Under the pieces are notes generated by a model. It was not told the origin of the DNA, searched no databases, and saw only the letters and a program-made list of their open reading frames with translations. A DNA stretch of 64,000 nucleotides from contig JAMDHS010000040.1 of the NCBI GenBank assembly GCA_029717555.1, positions 62,001 to 126,000 of the forward strand, read 5' to 3'. This DNA comes from Peribolospora baueri. Its lineage: Eukaryota. Each line of letters begins with the position of its first letter. Position 1 is the stretch's first letter. Shown piece after piece: positions 1-13,375 of the stretch. Made by a program: the position numbers and the translations under genes.

Positions 1-1807
1 CATGGGGCTTTCTCCCGCCGATATGTGTCAGTCGTTGTGCCAGCTCGCTCGCATGGCACGCGAGATCGGAGCAACCGTAGAGGTGCGCCGCGTCATTCAG
101 GTCAGGAGGGAGACCATAGACGAGGTGGCCAAGGCGCCTGCTAGTAACATCAAAGCCCCCACGGACATGGCGGCGCCTACCGTTGCGGCCAGGTCGAAGG
201 ATGAACGCGACCCTGACGCAGGAATTATGCGGGTAACAGCTAGTTCCAGGGTGCTCGGGCCGGTCCACATTTCTCCGGACACGACTACCGAGCTCATCTC
301 GTTGTCGGATGCAGAGGCGAGGTCGTTGCTTTTCGACGCGAGTACATCCCCCGCGTCTGCCGCTCCGTTCAGCATACATCTCGGCCTGCCGACTCCTTGC
401 GAAGCAGACCGAAGCGACCCTCTAATACAACAAACGGATGGTGAAGACGTTTCGATCTTTTCGCGCTACCTTGCCAGTCGCGAGTCGACGCACACGGATG
501 ACGGCTTGTCAGACAGCCAACCCCATCCTTCTTCTGACGACGAACTGGGCAATTTCGGCATGGACATAAGTATGGATGTGGGCATATATTCTCCACCAGA
601 CACGGCAGCCTCAGCAGGTGATACACCCGTGTCCGTATCTCTCTCGATGTCGACGGCCTTCGATCCTTCTCGTTCCGGTGTCACCACCCGGGTATCGCAT
701 GGCTTTACCTCTCCCAGCGCCCCGACGCCCGACCTCGGCCTCTCTCCAGTCCTCACTCCCACTCCCACTCCTTCTCCAACCCCGGACGCTCGGCTATCAT
801 CCGTATACGTACCCGCACACGTGCTTGCATCCGACGTCGCCGCTTTGACCGTCTCCGCCAGTACGCGGAAGAGTGTCCCTATCCCCGACGGTGATCTGGG
901 CGACGAGTGGTCGGAGGAAGCCAGCGGCAGTGTTTTCGGAGAGTACTTTGACGGTTTTGATTGGGAGGGGTACATGGCTTTTACTTTGGGCTCCAGCGGT
1001 AGAGACGGCGTTGAGGGCAAGATGGGGCGTAGGAGCAGGAGGAAAGGCAAGGGGGCTAACAGAAAGTCCACATCCGGTCTGGGAACGGCCATGGGAGCGA
1101 CGTTTGCTCCTGGACTACCGAGCGGCGAACAAGGCAATCGCGAGGAGAGCTCGTTCACCGGCTTCCAGCGACGTTCCCTTGATGGGGATGACGCCAAGGA
1201 CGACGGCCATGGCCGTCTTGCACCTGGACGCCGCCAGGGTAGTGACTCGGATTCTGTCAGACTCTCCCGCCGTGCCGCCTCTCGTCGACGACGCAGGGAC
1301 GCTCAGCGAGGACTTCGGGAGCAGATGGAGGCGCAAGAGCGGGAGAAGGCACATTTGGCTTTGCACGCCTATTTCCGACACCCCACTTCCCTCGATGCTG
1401 GTACACGCGCTCCCGCGGCGGACGAGGCTGACCGGTTCCCAAGGACGGTTGCTCATACCTCTGACAAATTGTCAGCATCGACGTTGTCGGATGAGGTGGC
1501 GGAGGCGGCGAGAAGAGCATTGGAGGATGCGAAGGAGGCCAAAGAGAGGAAAAAGAGAGAGAAGGAGGTGAGGAAGAGGTTGAAGTTAGCCATGGAGTTG
1601 GACGGCTATCTCGGCAGACAAGTTCGAGGGACGACTGGCAGGGAGTCTCAGGCCGTGGAAGCCGGCACGGACACTGGCAGCGACGGTCAAATCCCTTTCC
1701 CAAGCAGGCAGCCCGTCCGGTTGATCGTCGAGGCCTTCGTGATGCGCGATCTAGCGGGAGAGGAGACGTTTCTCGATTTTGGCAGGTTGGATGAGGGCTC
1801 AAGGTGA
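1..1807 (+). CDS. 5'-truncated protein with a GTPBP1/2-type N-terminal domain, a long low-complexity insert and no GTPase domain
   Basis: GLSPADMCQSLCQLARMAREIGATV resembles the GTPBP2 N-terminal segment (GL..EL..SL.TL..MA..LGA). C-terminal LIVEAFVMR resembles the strand that follows it. The stop at 1807 comes with no P-loop. The gene probably starts upstream of the window. Confidence 0.5.
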   Translation, partial: MGLSPADMCQSLCQLARMAREIGATVEVRRVIQVRRETIDEVAKAPASNIKAPTDMAAPTVAARSKDERDPDAGIMRVTASSRVLGPVHISPDTTTELISLSDAEARSLLFDASTSPASAAPFSIHLGLPTPCEADRSDPLIQQTDGEDVSIFSRYLASRESTHTDDGLSDSQPHPSSDDELGNFGMDISMDVGIYSPPDTAASAGDTPVSVSLSMSTAFDPSRSGVTTRVSHGFTSPSAPTPDLGLSPVLTPTPTPSPTPDARLSSVYVPAHVLASDVAALTVSASTRKSVPIPDGDLGDEWSEEASGSVFGEYFDGFDWEGYMAFTLGSSGRDGVEGKMGRRSRRKGKGANRKSTSGLGTAMGATFAPGLPSGEQGNREESSFTGFQRRSLDGDDAKDDGHGRLAPGRRQGSDSDSVRLSRRAASRRRRRDAQRGLREQMEAQEREKAHLALHAYFRHPTSLDAGTRAPAADEADRFPRTVAHTSDKLSASTLSDEVAEAARRALEDAKEAKERKKREKEVRKRLKLAMELDGYLGRQVRGTTGRESQAVEAGTDTGSDGQIPFPSRQPVRLIVEAFVMRDLAGEETFLDFGRLDEGSR

Positions 1808-2510
1808 ATGATCGAAGAGATGAGCGGGTGCGGTGGAAAGGCGTCCCGAGACGGAGGCGGAGATGGAGTTGAGCGTACGAGGGGTTCATTGACCTTTCGA
1901 AGTCCTCGAGCACTTGTGACCCATTCCGTCATCACTTGCTGACTGCAGCCCATAAGCGGCAAGAACCCGAGAGTTCTGAGAGTTCACTGAAGCATCCGTC
2001 CTCGTTGCATTGTCTGTATGTACACGTACTCTCCGTTATCGTTTCTCCTTTTGCATGCATCATGTTCAGAGACTCTGGAGCAAACAGGAATGTTTTTTCT
2101 GCCGTTTCTCGAGCCTGCAGCGTTCTGTTCAGTGTCGCTGTGGGAAGATGGTGGGACAGTAGGTGGCCATGCAGAAAGCGCTCGGGATATACCGTCAAGG
2201 ATGCACATAATGAGTGCGCGCCCTCCACAACCCGCCGTCCTGACCGTCTCAAGGTTCCAAAGCACTGACGTCAGGCCCGCGGCTGGCTCAGAACGTCCTT
2301 TTCCTCTCTCCTCTTTCTCCTCCTCGCAGAGAGCTAGACATCTTTGCTGCCCAGCTCACTTTTCCGCTATTCCTGCCAGGTATCTCATTCGAACGCCGAC
2401 CCCCGATCTCGCGCTCGTACGTACTAAACGTTTAGGACGTCGGATTCCGGAACCGCCACAGAAAGTAAGCCGATCGATTCGCACAGACAGATCAGACCCG
2501 GCTGGGGAGA

Positions 2511-5500
2511 TCAATTCTTGGCAAAACCCGGGCCTCCGGCCCCGGTCCCGGCGGCACTCCTGCTGACGGGCGAGACCAAGCTCTTCATGAACGTCCTCAA
2601 CACGCGTCCCGCCTCGATGCCCCACTCGCCGCAGCTGACCTCGTCGCAGCACCGTTCGAACTCTGCCGTAGCGGCTACTGCGGGCCAGTTATCGTCTATA
2701 CACGGAAAAGAGGGGGGGGGGTTCGTAAAGGGAAGAAGGGAAGAGGCATGATGAGCGTGGGAGGCAGAGAAGCATCAGTATGTCATCAGTCGACGAACGA
2801 GCCCCGCCCAGCTCCCTGGCCTGGTTACGGGACCCGGCCGCGGCCTGACACACACCCCCTTCTTCCTTCCCGGCCGTTCTCCACACTCACAGACATAACC
2901 CTTAACAGCCGTATGGAGCTCCTCCCAAAGCCATGTGCTAAGCATAAGCGGGAAAGCGGTGCTGGGCGTCAAGTTCTCCACGAGGTGAGCGAGCGCCAGC
3001 CCGGCCAGGTCGGGAAGCTCATATCTGTGCGCGAGGCGGTAGATGGAGAGCGCGCTCGCTGACCGTGGGAGCGGAGCTGGGTGCGGATGAGGGTCCGGGG
3101 GGGAAGTGGGCGAGGAGGTGGGCCGGTCTTGTTGCTGCGCTTGTTGCGGCGGAGTCGGATGCTGGTGCTGGTGTTGGTACGGATGTTGATGCTGCTGCGA
3201 AGAGTGTTGGAGATGCTCGTGGTAACCCACTCCGTAAGGAGGATGACGGGGGTAAGGCGGCGCCGTCGCGGCGGTAGGGCTGTGCAACGATTGCTGGTGG
3301 GCCGAGGCAGCGTCGCTGGACGTAGACGCGTCACGAGGGTGGCTGGAACGCTGCCGCTCAGACAGAGAGAGAGAAGACGTGGACGTGGAGAGGCGAGGGT
3401 CGTAACTCGCTTCGAGACTGTGCTGTTTATGGCGTTGTTGGTGACCTTCCTCCTCCTCTTGGCCGACCACCTTCCAATCCCAGGACTGAGGGTCGCCTCG
3501 AGCGTCCGCACGTGTCTCCGAAGCGGCGGCCGAAGACGTCCATGAGTCGTCCAACATCGTCGACCTAACGTCCTCGTAGTCGGCGAACGTGATCCGGTCC
3601 GTGTACAACCACCGGCAGAGCTGCAAAGGTCGTCCGCACGGGTAAGCCCGTGCCGATCGGACAGGGGAAGACGGCAGACGACGGACGGGCAACCGACCGA
3701 CTCAACTCACCCAGTACACGTTGGCATAATCAAAGTCGCCGACGTCAATCTTGTGCACCAGACGACCGCACATCGGCTCTGCCCTGCCTTCATCGAACGC
3801 CAGAGAACCGAGCATGGTGGCAAAGTACTCGCTCCGTTGACGAAGCAAGCCAGAGTGAGCCCAGATGAAACGCGGCCGGACGACGGTCGCGGGCTCGAGG
3901 ACCGACGCGTCCTGCGTCGCGGCGTCTCCGCCGCCTTCCTGAGTCGGGCGTTCTTGCTCCACGTCCGACGGCTTGTCCACCGCCGCCCGCCCGTCGGAAC
4001 CTAGCTGCTGGGGCAGGGTGCCTCGTTCGCGCACGAGAATCCGAACATCGCCCGTGTTCGCGTCGTCCAACAGGCTCTCGATCCCTTTCGCCAAACTCGG
4101 CGGCACCATGGACACGCCGGGCAGCTGGAAGGGTGCCTTGCTTGGCGGTGGGTGAGAAGTGCCGGCTTGAAGCGACGACGTCGACCCGGGCAAGGGAGGG
4201 ATGGAGGGAAGATTGGAGCCGGTGATCACTTGCACCGTCAAGGCGAGGCCGTCATGCGCGGCGATGACCGGATGAAGCAGGAGGGACGACAAAGTGGGTA
4301 GCTGACGGCATTCTACAAAGGATGGAGAGCGAGAAAGAAGAAGAAGAAAAAAAAATCCTCAGCTGACCAGGTACGTGGTGAGGCGAAGCGAGGTGATCCA
4401 TGCGCCTACCGTAGAGCTCCCTCTCCCGTTTGAAGCACCACGCGTCCCACGTCCGCCACACACAGCCATCCTCGCCGGTGTCGAGGGCCTTGCTCCGACC
4501 TGGCTGCTCCCGCAGCGGCTTGATCCCGACCATGATGATGGCCGGCAGCTCAAAGTCCGCAGGAGCGTAATCGAGCACGATGGAGGTAAGAAAGACGGAG
4601 AGGACGGTGGTGTGCGTCGCCGTCGTTGGAGGAGGAGAAGTTTGTTCAGCGCCCGTAGTGGACGGCGTCGGGGACATTGGAGGAGAGCCCGATGCCGAGG
4701 GCGTGGAAGGCGCTGCCATCGGCGTGTTAACCGTGGACGGACCTGAAGTGCGGACTGTATGCGTGACATGCGACAGACGAGCAGACGACGTTTCAGCATG
4801 AGCATTCATTCGTATGACTGAGAGAGTTGCGCTCCATGTTCAGAGCCAAGGACGAGGCGAGTCGATCGGCCCGGGCCGACTCACCGAGCTCGAGCCTCCA
4901 CTTCCCATCTCCGAACGTGAACGGCTGGCGGTTCCAGATCTCGTTCGTTCCAGCACCGGTAGACACGCTACGCCCGCCCTCGGACGGAAGGGGCGAATCT
5001 TCCACCTCTTCCCGGAGGCACATGAGCGATCTGACGGGCCAGGTGAAAGACTGCGAGATGGATATGATATGAACGACGGCCGGCGTATCCCATGAGCGAC
5101 ACGGCGTTATCGGCGAACAAGACGCACGATGATGATCGAAGAGAACGTGATATGGTTTGTTCACTCACGACGACGCTCGTTTCTTCGCAGACGTCCACGC
5201 CAGGCCGGCCGTTGGCCATGCTCAGCCCTGCGGCCTGCCCGGAGAGGAGGCCAGAGTCCCACACGCTGCTCGCGCTTCCGTGGGACCAAGCGCCCGTACC
5301 CGGGTTCCACTGAGGCGCCGGGGAGGAGGTCGAAGAGACGGGGCCTCGGTGCCAGCCTGCGGAAGAGAGAGAGGAGGGGATGGTGCCCGAGGCGGACACG
5401 GTGGAGGGGGTTGGGGTGGATAGGTGGCGCGCGGCGGAAGGCAGGAAACCTTGTGGAAGAGAGGAGCGATGAGACGACGACGACGAAGGCAGCTGTGCGG

Positions 5501-6257
5501 GCGATGCGGTGCTCGACTGGGTCGTGGCGCTTCCTGCTGCTCCGCCCCCGGGAAAGGTGCCTCTCCAGGAGCTAGAGCTGGCCAAGGTGGCCTGGCTCGA
5601 CCCGGCGGCACTAGATCCGCTGGCGCCAGGCAAGCTGGGGATGGCGCTGGGGATGTGAGAATAGTAGCTTGCATAAGCCGCGCTAGGAGACGTGCTCGTC
5701 GTGGGTTGGGCGAGCGAGGCGGCGAATGTGTTGGGCACGGGCGTGTAGGTCGACCTGCGAGAGACGGCACCAGAGCTGGCGCTGTTGGTGCTGCTTGGAG
5801 GAGGCGTGCCGAGGGAGCGACGCTGGGGAGCGGTGGTGGTGCCACTGGTGGTGCTGCTGCCGAGAGAGGTCACAGGGCGTGGGTAAGGAGCGGAGGCGCT
5901 GGAAGGCAAAGAGGTAGCCGAGGAGGCACCGCGAGAGGAGAGAGAGGCGCCGGCAGACGTCGAAGGAGGCGGCGGGTCTCGCGACGTGGACGTGCCGGCC
6001 GGCTCTGACGACGACGAAGATGCAGAGGGGTTAGCCATGTCGGTCGAGGAGGGCAGAGGAGCTGGTCGTCCGAGGGGCGTGCGCGAGTAGGCGGCCGTGC
6101 CGGGTGATTGGGAGTTGGGGGCAGAGGTGGACTGGGAATTGGACATGGACGCCGGGCGTGCTGTGGACGAGCGCGGAGAGCCCAAGACGGGCGCCGCCGC
6201 CGTCGAGGGCTGGTTGTTGAGAGCGCTGGATGAGATGGAGGCGTTGGACCTAGCCAT
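2511..6257 (-). CDS. BTB/POZ-domain protein with Ser/Pro-rich N-terminus (multi-exon)
   Basis: Exons encode SLLDDANTGDVRILV...FIWAHSGLLRQRSEYFATML (BTB), a MATH-like FTWPVRSL...FGDGKWRLEL segment, and SALSIYRLAHRYELPDLAGLALAHL. The last exon reads YDNWPAVAATAEFERCCDEVSCGEWG...FAKN* with TGA at 2511-2513. Confidence 0.8.
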
Positions 6258-6798
6258 GAAGACGGAGGAGTGATAAGTGCGTGCTGGGCCACGCTCTGCC
6301 CTTCTCTTTCTGCGCGCGGTGAGCTGAGCTGGGAGGTGGAGGAGGCCAAGTTGCGACGGCCGAGGAGAGGCGTGCAAGATAACTGCAATCAGTCCAGTCG
6401 GACTCGGTCGTGGTCGCATTAAGTTGGGAGGCGGGCGGATTAGATAAGCAGGATAATGGATCCAACTCGCCAGTAGCAAGCTCTAATAATAATCAGGTCT
6501 AATCAGGTCTAATCGAGGCCAACGCGGTCCGGGAAGCCGTCGTCGCCCGTCGGTTGACGTTTGTTCTACGTCGCAAGGGGACATGACATGTATGCTTACG
6601 CTTGCAATTACTTTACTTTTACGTCTGCATTAGCATTTGCATTTCCCATTTACACCCCCCTCAGCGAAAGGGGCTCCTGCTGCGGCACGCCTCGAGACGC
6701 GACGCGGGCTCCGCTCGATCGGCCTCCTATTCCTATTCTATCCCGCCGACCCGACCGAGCTCCGGCGGCCGCTCTTTGCCCCTCCCTACCATCCCGTG

Positions 6799-9700
6799 AT
6801 GGACCCACCTCCGACGCCTTCTCGAATCCGCGATTGGCCGCCGCCATCGCCTTCGTCGCCCGCGTCGCCCGCCTCTGCACGAACATCCTCCCAGTTCGGC
6901 TACCAGACCAAGCTCCTCGAGCGCTCCTCCTCCCGCGCCTCCACCCTTTCCCTCCACAAGCCGACCCACTCCGTGCCCAATGGCCCCGCCAGCGCTGGAG
7001 CGCTAGGCTCTGTCAGCGGCTCGGTTCGCCGCGCATATCCTCGTCCCCTCTCTCATCGGCCTACGTCCAGTATCGACGCCAGCAAGTACTCCTTCGCTAC
7101 CGGCGGCATTGGCGCCGGCGACAGGTCGAATGGGGCCGCTCCAGGCATTCGGAGTCCCGGCAGCGCAGGAATCTACACCGGCGGTCACTCCAACGGCGCT
7201 CGCAGCGGTCCCTCGAGTCCCAGCTTCAGCCTCTCCAGTTCGCCACCTCGAGACTGGGGCGCTCGTGCGGGAGCCGAAGTTAGGCACGATGCTGGCCCCG
7301 CTCACACGCCCGGTACGCCCGCCTTCACGCCTGTCACGCCCGTCACGCCCATCACTCCCACTCGGACTCGTCGTTCTCGGACCTTTGGACAGCCGAGCGA
7401 TGCTTTCAACGCAGCCGTCCTTGGTCCGGCGGGCGACGCTCTTAGCGCCGCCATACCCGACGGCACTCCCTCGTCCGTGCAGGGCATGCATGGCCGGGTC
7501 CGGCTTTCTCGCCAGGGAGCTCCGACGGCAGCCACGTCGTCCGTCACCTCCTCCCTGCCCTTCTCCTCATCCTCACGATGGATGGACAAGCAGCGCCATC
7601 TCCTCCAGGCGTACGAATACCTTTGTCACGTCGGGGAGGCCAAGCAATGGATGGAGCTCTGTCTCAAGGAGGAGATTGGTGCCGGCGTCGTCGAGATGGA
7701 GGAGAGCATGCGCGACGGCGTCGCGCTCGCCAAGCTGGCTAGGGAGTTTGAGCCGGATTGCGTGCCGAGGATCTTTGTGGTAAGTCAGACATTCGTTCAC
7801 GCTCTGTCCCTCATTACTTGTGGATATCGTCCGACACGTATCGCATATTTCACCGGCCTTTTGGTAGCACCCGAAACTCCAATTTCGGCACTCCGACAAC
7901 ATCAACTACTTTTTCATCTTCATCGTCAAGGTCGGCCTCCCCGAATTCTTCCGCTTCGAGCTGACAGACCTTTACGAGAAGAAAAACTTCCCCAAAGTCA
8001 TCTACTGCATCCACGCGCTTAGCCATCTGATGGCCCGGAGAGGCCTCACAGAGAGGATCGGCAACCTGCTCGGCAAGCTCGAGTTCTCTGGTACGTATAG
8101 GAAGGCTTCTCTGATGATCTGCGGGTGCTCTCGTCGATGCTGATCGTCCTTTTCAAAATGTTCCCTTTTATGTTCATTTTATATTCGTTTTCGGTTTCGT
8201 TTCTGATTTTCCTGATCACAAGACGATCAGCTGCAGGCAACCCAGCGAGGCCTCGATGCATCGGGCGTGGCCATGCCCAACTTTGGTGGCGTCGGCCGAG
8301 CTCTGGCAAAGGAGATAAACGAGGAACCTGAGCCCGAGCCAGAACCGGAAGAGTCGGAAGAGGAGCGTAGAGCGATGATGGAGGAATGGGCCACGACGCT
8401 GCAGGCGGCTGCGCGAGGTTCCTTACAGCGTAGGACTTGGAGGGAGCTCGCTCGAGGAGTGCGGGAGTCGGCTTCGGTGGCCACAAAAATCCAAGCGCAG
8501 GCGCGAGGCTGCCTGGCTCGCCGGCGTTATGAGCGACTCCACGCCCACCTCGGAGCGTGCGAGCGCAGCGTTGTGTCCGTCCAGTCTCTCGCGCGTGCGG
8601 TCCTCGCTAGGCGTGCTCATCACGGAGCGCTCAAGCAGCTCGAGGAGGTGTCTTCGAACGACGGTCTCCTGGAGTTGCAGTCGCGGATACGAGGCGCGCT
8701 CCAGCGACGACGCTTCTTCGCCCCTATCAACGCCCTGGACGAGCACGAGTCCAGCGTTGCCGTCTTCCAAGCCCACGTCCGAGGCTACCTCGCCCGAATG
8801 GCATACCAGGATCTCCTGTTCGAGCTTGCGGACTGCACCGAGTCGGTCATCAGGACGCAGGCGGTGTTGCGCACCGCGCTCGTCAAGAGGCGGCTCCTCA
8901 GCCGTATCCGTGGCTTGCAGAGCTCCGCCCCGTCGATCGCCGCTCTCCAGGCGCACATGCGCGGCGCCCTTGTGCGGAGAAGATTCATGGCGTTGCGGGG
9001 AAGCTTGGTCAAGGCCGAGGTCAGCAGGTCCGTCGGCGGTCTGCAGGCGTTCGCCAAGGCCGCTTTGACGAGGAGGAGGCACATGGAGCAGAAGAAGCAG
9101 CTTGACTTTGTCGTTCCCGACGTCGTAGGCCTCCAGACTGCTTGCCGGGCGTACCTGGCGCGAAGAGACTTTGACCGATGGCGACAGCACCTTGAGAACA
9201 GTCAGTCGGAAGCGACCTTTTTCCAGGCTCTGGTGCGTGGCTTCCTGGGCAGGCGTCGATTCCGTCAGAAGATGGCCCATTACCGACACAACCTCGACAA
9301 GGTCGTCAAGGTGCAGAGCATCTTCCGAGCACGTCAGCAAGGAGAGCAGTACCGCCGGCTGGCGATGGGCAAGAACGTGCCCGTGTCGACGATCAAAAAC
9401 TTTGGCCACCTGCTCAACGATTCGGACCACGATTTTGAGGACGAGATCAAGGTGGAGCGCCTGCGCAAACTTGTCGTTCAAAGTATCCGCCAGAACCAGG
9501 TTCTGGACTCGGAGCGAGAGGATCTGGACGTGAAGATTGCGCTGCTGGTCAAGAACAAGATTGGTATCGAGGAGCTCGTCAAGGCCAAGAAGGCCAAGGG
9601 GCTCATCGGCAGCATCGGAGACACAGGTGCCCAGTTCCAGCGACGGAACAGCGTCCTGGCCGCCGCCGGCGACCCATTCAGCGACCAAACACTGGACCGG

Positions 9701-12451
9701 GCGACGAAACGCAAACTCGAACTGTACCAGGAGCTCTTCTATGTCCTGCAAACACGACCCGACTACCTGGCCCGTCTCTTCAGCCGGATCGCCCGCATTG
9801 ATATGTCCGAGAAGCAGACAAAGACGGTGGAGCGGATCACGCTCACCCTCTTTGGCTACGCTCAAAAGGCACGCGAGGAGTTCCTCCTTCTCAAAGTCTT
9901 CCAGCGCTCCATCCAGGAGGAGTTGTCGCACGTGCATACGATCCAAGAGTTTGTCAAGGGGAACGCTCAGTACATCAAACTCGTCGTCCAGTACAACCGC
10001 GGGGCCAAGGAGCGCAAGTATCTCCGCGAGCTCTTGGGCCCGCTCGTGAAGGAGGTGATGGAGGATGACAAGCTAGACCTCGAGACCGATCCTTGCACAG
10101 TGAGTTCGGACTGAGTCTGTCGGTCTCCGTCGGCCGCGTATGCGTTCCCGCCATCTCACTCCTCGCCTCGCCCGGCTGGCCGTTTCCACGTGACCGAATC
10201 CCTTGCAGATCTATCGCAGCACGATCAACGACGAGGAGAGGAGTACGGGCCGACCGAGTCGGAGGCCGCTGCAGGTCAACTTTACCGAGGCGCTGGCGGA
10301 TCCGCAAGCTCGCACTTTGTTCATCCGGCGTGAGTGGCCGCCTCCCAGCCTCCCAGAGTGCCGGAAATCGCAGGTGTCCTCTGACCTTCGCCTTTGTTCC
10401 ATATTTCGCAGACCTGCAACACCTTCGGGCGGCGACAGAGATGTTCTTGAACGCGATCCTGGCGTCGACGAAAAAGATGCCGTACGGAATCCGGTACATC
10501 GCCAGGGAGGTGTTCCGCGCTCTTCAAGTGAAATTCCCAAACGAGCCGGAGGATGCGCTGTTCAAAGTGGTGGGCCATTTGGTCTACTACCGTTACCTCA
10601 ACCCGGCCATTGTCGCACCGGAAGGGTTCGACGTGATCGAGAACATTGTCGGTCCGATGCAGAGGAAGAACTTGGCCGAGGTGTCCAAGATGCTCACTCA
10701 GATCTCCGTAGGCAAGCTGTTCAACGACGAGAATCCCTATTTGCAGCCGCTCAACGAGTACGTCGGTCAGGCGTCCCAGAAGTTTTCGAATTGGCTAAGA
10801 ATGGGTATGTGGCCGGCTCTCGGCGTAGGCTGGCATCGCGTTGGCGACGTAACATGCTGACTGACCGCCGAGGTTCGGTGCGCTTTCGCCCTTGGCTCTC
10901 TGCCACATGACAGTGATCGACGTCGTGGAGGCCGAGCAGCAGTTTGCGGTGGACGAGTTCATCGACCACAACGTGGTCGAGAAGCCCGTCATCTACATCT
11001 CGCCCAACGAGATCTACTCGCTGCACTCGCTTCTGCTCGAGCAACTCGGTCATCTTGTGAGTTGAGCCGTCGGAAAGTCGGCGATAACTGAGACGGGGTG
11101 CTCACGATCTCGGGTAAACCTCGCGCAGGCTCCGAACAAGGACGACCCGCTGCGCGTGATCCTGCTCGAACTGGGTGGCGCTCCGGTCGGCGGATCGAGC
11201 GAGCTGAACAACGCTCGGTCTGGCGAGATCACTCTAGAGCTGGCCAACAGGCTCACGAACCTGAACGGCCCAGAGGCGGAGATCAAGGCGCTTTGGGTGG
11301 AGACGAAGCGACTGATCCTGTCTGTGCTCAAGGTGCAGACAGGTCCTAGCCTCATGGACGTGCTCATTCAGCCTGTGACGGAGGAGGAGGAGGTGATTTG
11401 GGAGGAGGTCATGAGCGTCGAGCTGGCCGCGGACCAAGAGCAGAGGAAACGGACGAAGAGCGAGCTTCCGCCGTTGCCCGTGGCTGGCGAACCGGTGCAT
11501 CTGGAGGACGTGAGAAGGTGAGTGGAGCGGGGCGAAACGAGGGGTAACGTGGGACCGGAAGTAGGGACTGACGGGGGTTCGTCATTGCGTGACGGGGGAC
11601 AGACTGCCATTCGTGCGAATCAAGGAGCACCTGCTGGAGAACATGTTGCAGCTGGAGCGACTTGGCAAGGTGTCGCGGGAGAACCACTTCCAAGACGTGT
11701 TGGACGCGATCGCGGTGGACATCCGGAACAAACACCGGAAGCGGATCCAACGGCAGACGGAGAAGGCTTCGATGAACGCGACGCTGGCGAACCTGGCGGA
11801 GAAGAAGGCTTATCTTGATGAGCAGATCTCGACATATCATGGGTATATTGATCAGGCAATGCTGACGATGCAGAAGAAGGGGTGAGTAGGAGGGGAAGGA
11901 GGTGGACGTGGGGAGATGGATGGAGGTGACGCTGACCGCGCGCGCTGGCGTTCGTTCACGGTTGGGTGGGTGGTCAGGAGCAAGAAACGGTTCGTGCTCC
12001 CGTTCACTCAGCAGTACTTCCACCTGCGCGAACTCAAGGCGTCGGGCAAGGTGCCCCAGTTTGGGTCGTACAAGTACACGGCGGAGCGACTGTACAAGGA
12101 AGGAGTGTTGCTGTCGATCGACCAAGTATCGCCACGGCAGTTTGATAAGCTCTCGCTGACCATCTCTTCCGACGAAGCGGGGCTGTTCACGATCGAGACG
12201 TCGTTCGCGGGCCTTGCGGGGGAGATGATGGATCTGAGGATTGAGGATTTGTTGGAGGCGCAGTTCAACAACGTCCAGAGCATGAGTCTGTTCGACGGGG
12301 CTGCCAAGGTCAATCTGAATCTGCTCATCCATCTGATCAACCGCAAGTGAGTGAGGCCGATGATGATGGATTTCCAGCGTGGTGACCGCACCGGCTGACG
12401 TTTCGCTCCCTCCCCTCCCTTAATTCACTCACTGCCAGGTTCTACGCATGA
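6799..12451 (+). CDS. IQG1: IQGAP-related Ras GTPase-activating-like protein (Iqg1/Rng2 family)
   Basis: CH domain (YEYLCHVGEAKQWME...DGVALAKL), about 10 IQ repeats (IQAQARGCLARRRY, LQSRIRGALQRRRF), RasGAP-related domain (YYRYLNPAIVAPE) and RasGAP_C (YKYTAERLYKEGVL...VNLNLLIHLINRKFYA*). Confidence 0.95.
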
Positions 12452-13375
12452 ATAGACTGATTTCCCCCGCGTCGTTGCGACGACGCGGCGTCTCGTCTCA
12501 TCTATCTCATCTTATCTGATCTCATCCCACCGGCACCATCTCATCCCGTCTACTTTCTTCCTTCCTTCCTTCCTTCCGTCCGTCTTTGCGTCCCTCCGTC
12601 CGTCCGTCTTCGTCGTCGCTCGTGTACTTTGTTGAGACTGCCGCTGGTCGATGACGCGTCGCCATCCATATCCGCCCATATCCTCCTCCCATCCATATCA
12701 TCCCCCGGTTCCTCATCCATCCGTCCATCCCTCTCTCTATTCGAGTCGTATTCGTCGTCCGGCCGACTGACTGTATCTCCTCGCACGTTTTCCTTCTTTC
12801 CTTTCTGTTCCTTTTTTCCCTTGCCCGTCGCATCTGCCTCTCCTTCGCTTCGCTTTCGTGCTGTCCCGCTGTCTGTCTCGCTTTCCTTTTTCGTCGATCT
12901 GGAGTGGGGCCAGGAAGATATAGTAGGGTTATCTGCCGCAGCGTGATCTGATCCGATCGATCGGAGGAACGTTGCACAGCCACGGCGGAGTGATTGGAGC
13001 GGCGTGTGAATGAGGCGAGGCAACAGACAATCGAGCGGCTACAGCCGACGACGAACAAGGCGGATGCGGAGATGGGCGGAGTGGCTGTTGATTGGGTGGT
13101 TGTGTGGTTAAGGCAAGGGTTAAATTGTTGGGAGCTTGGCATCGCTTCTCTCTCTCCTCTTCTCGTCGCTTCTCTCTCTGCCGATCGCATCTCACCTCAT
13201 CCGTCTCAAATATATTATATTAAGTACCGCCACCGAGTCGACGTCGCTCCTTCGCTTCCGACCACTCGCTCCCATCCACTCCACCTCACTCCTCCCTCCA
13301 TCGCTCGCCTCGTCGTCGACGCCCCCTCTTCTCCCAACCAGACAAGCAAAGAAAGCGAAGGCCAACACCAACACA

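Noticed and set aside
8423..9946. 507-aa antisense ORF over IQG1 (and similar long antisense ORFs elsewhere)
   Set aside because: These are shadow ORFs caused by GC-rich codon usage, with no recognisable motifs.
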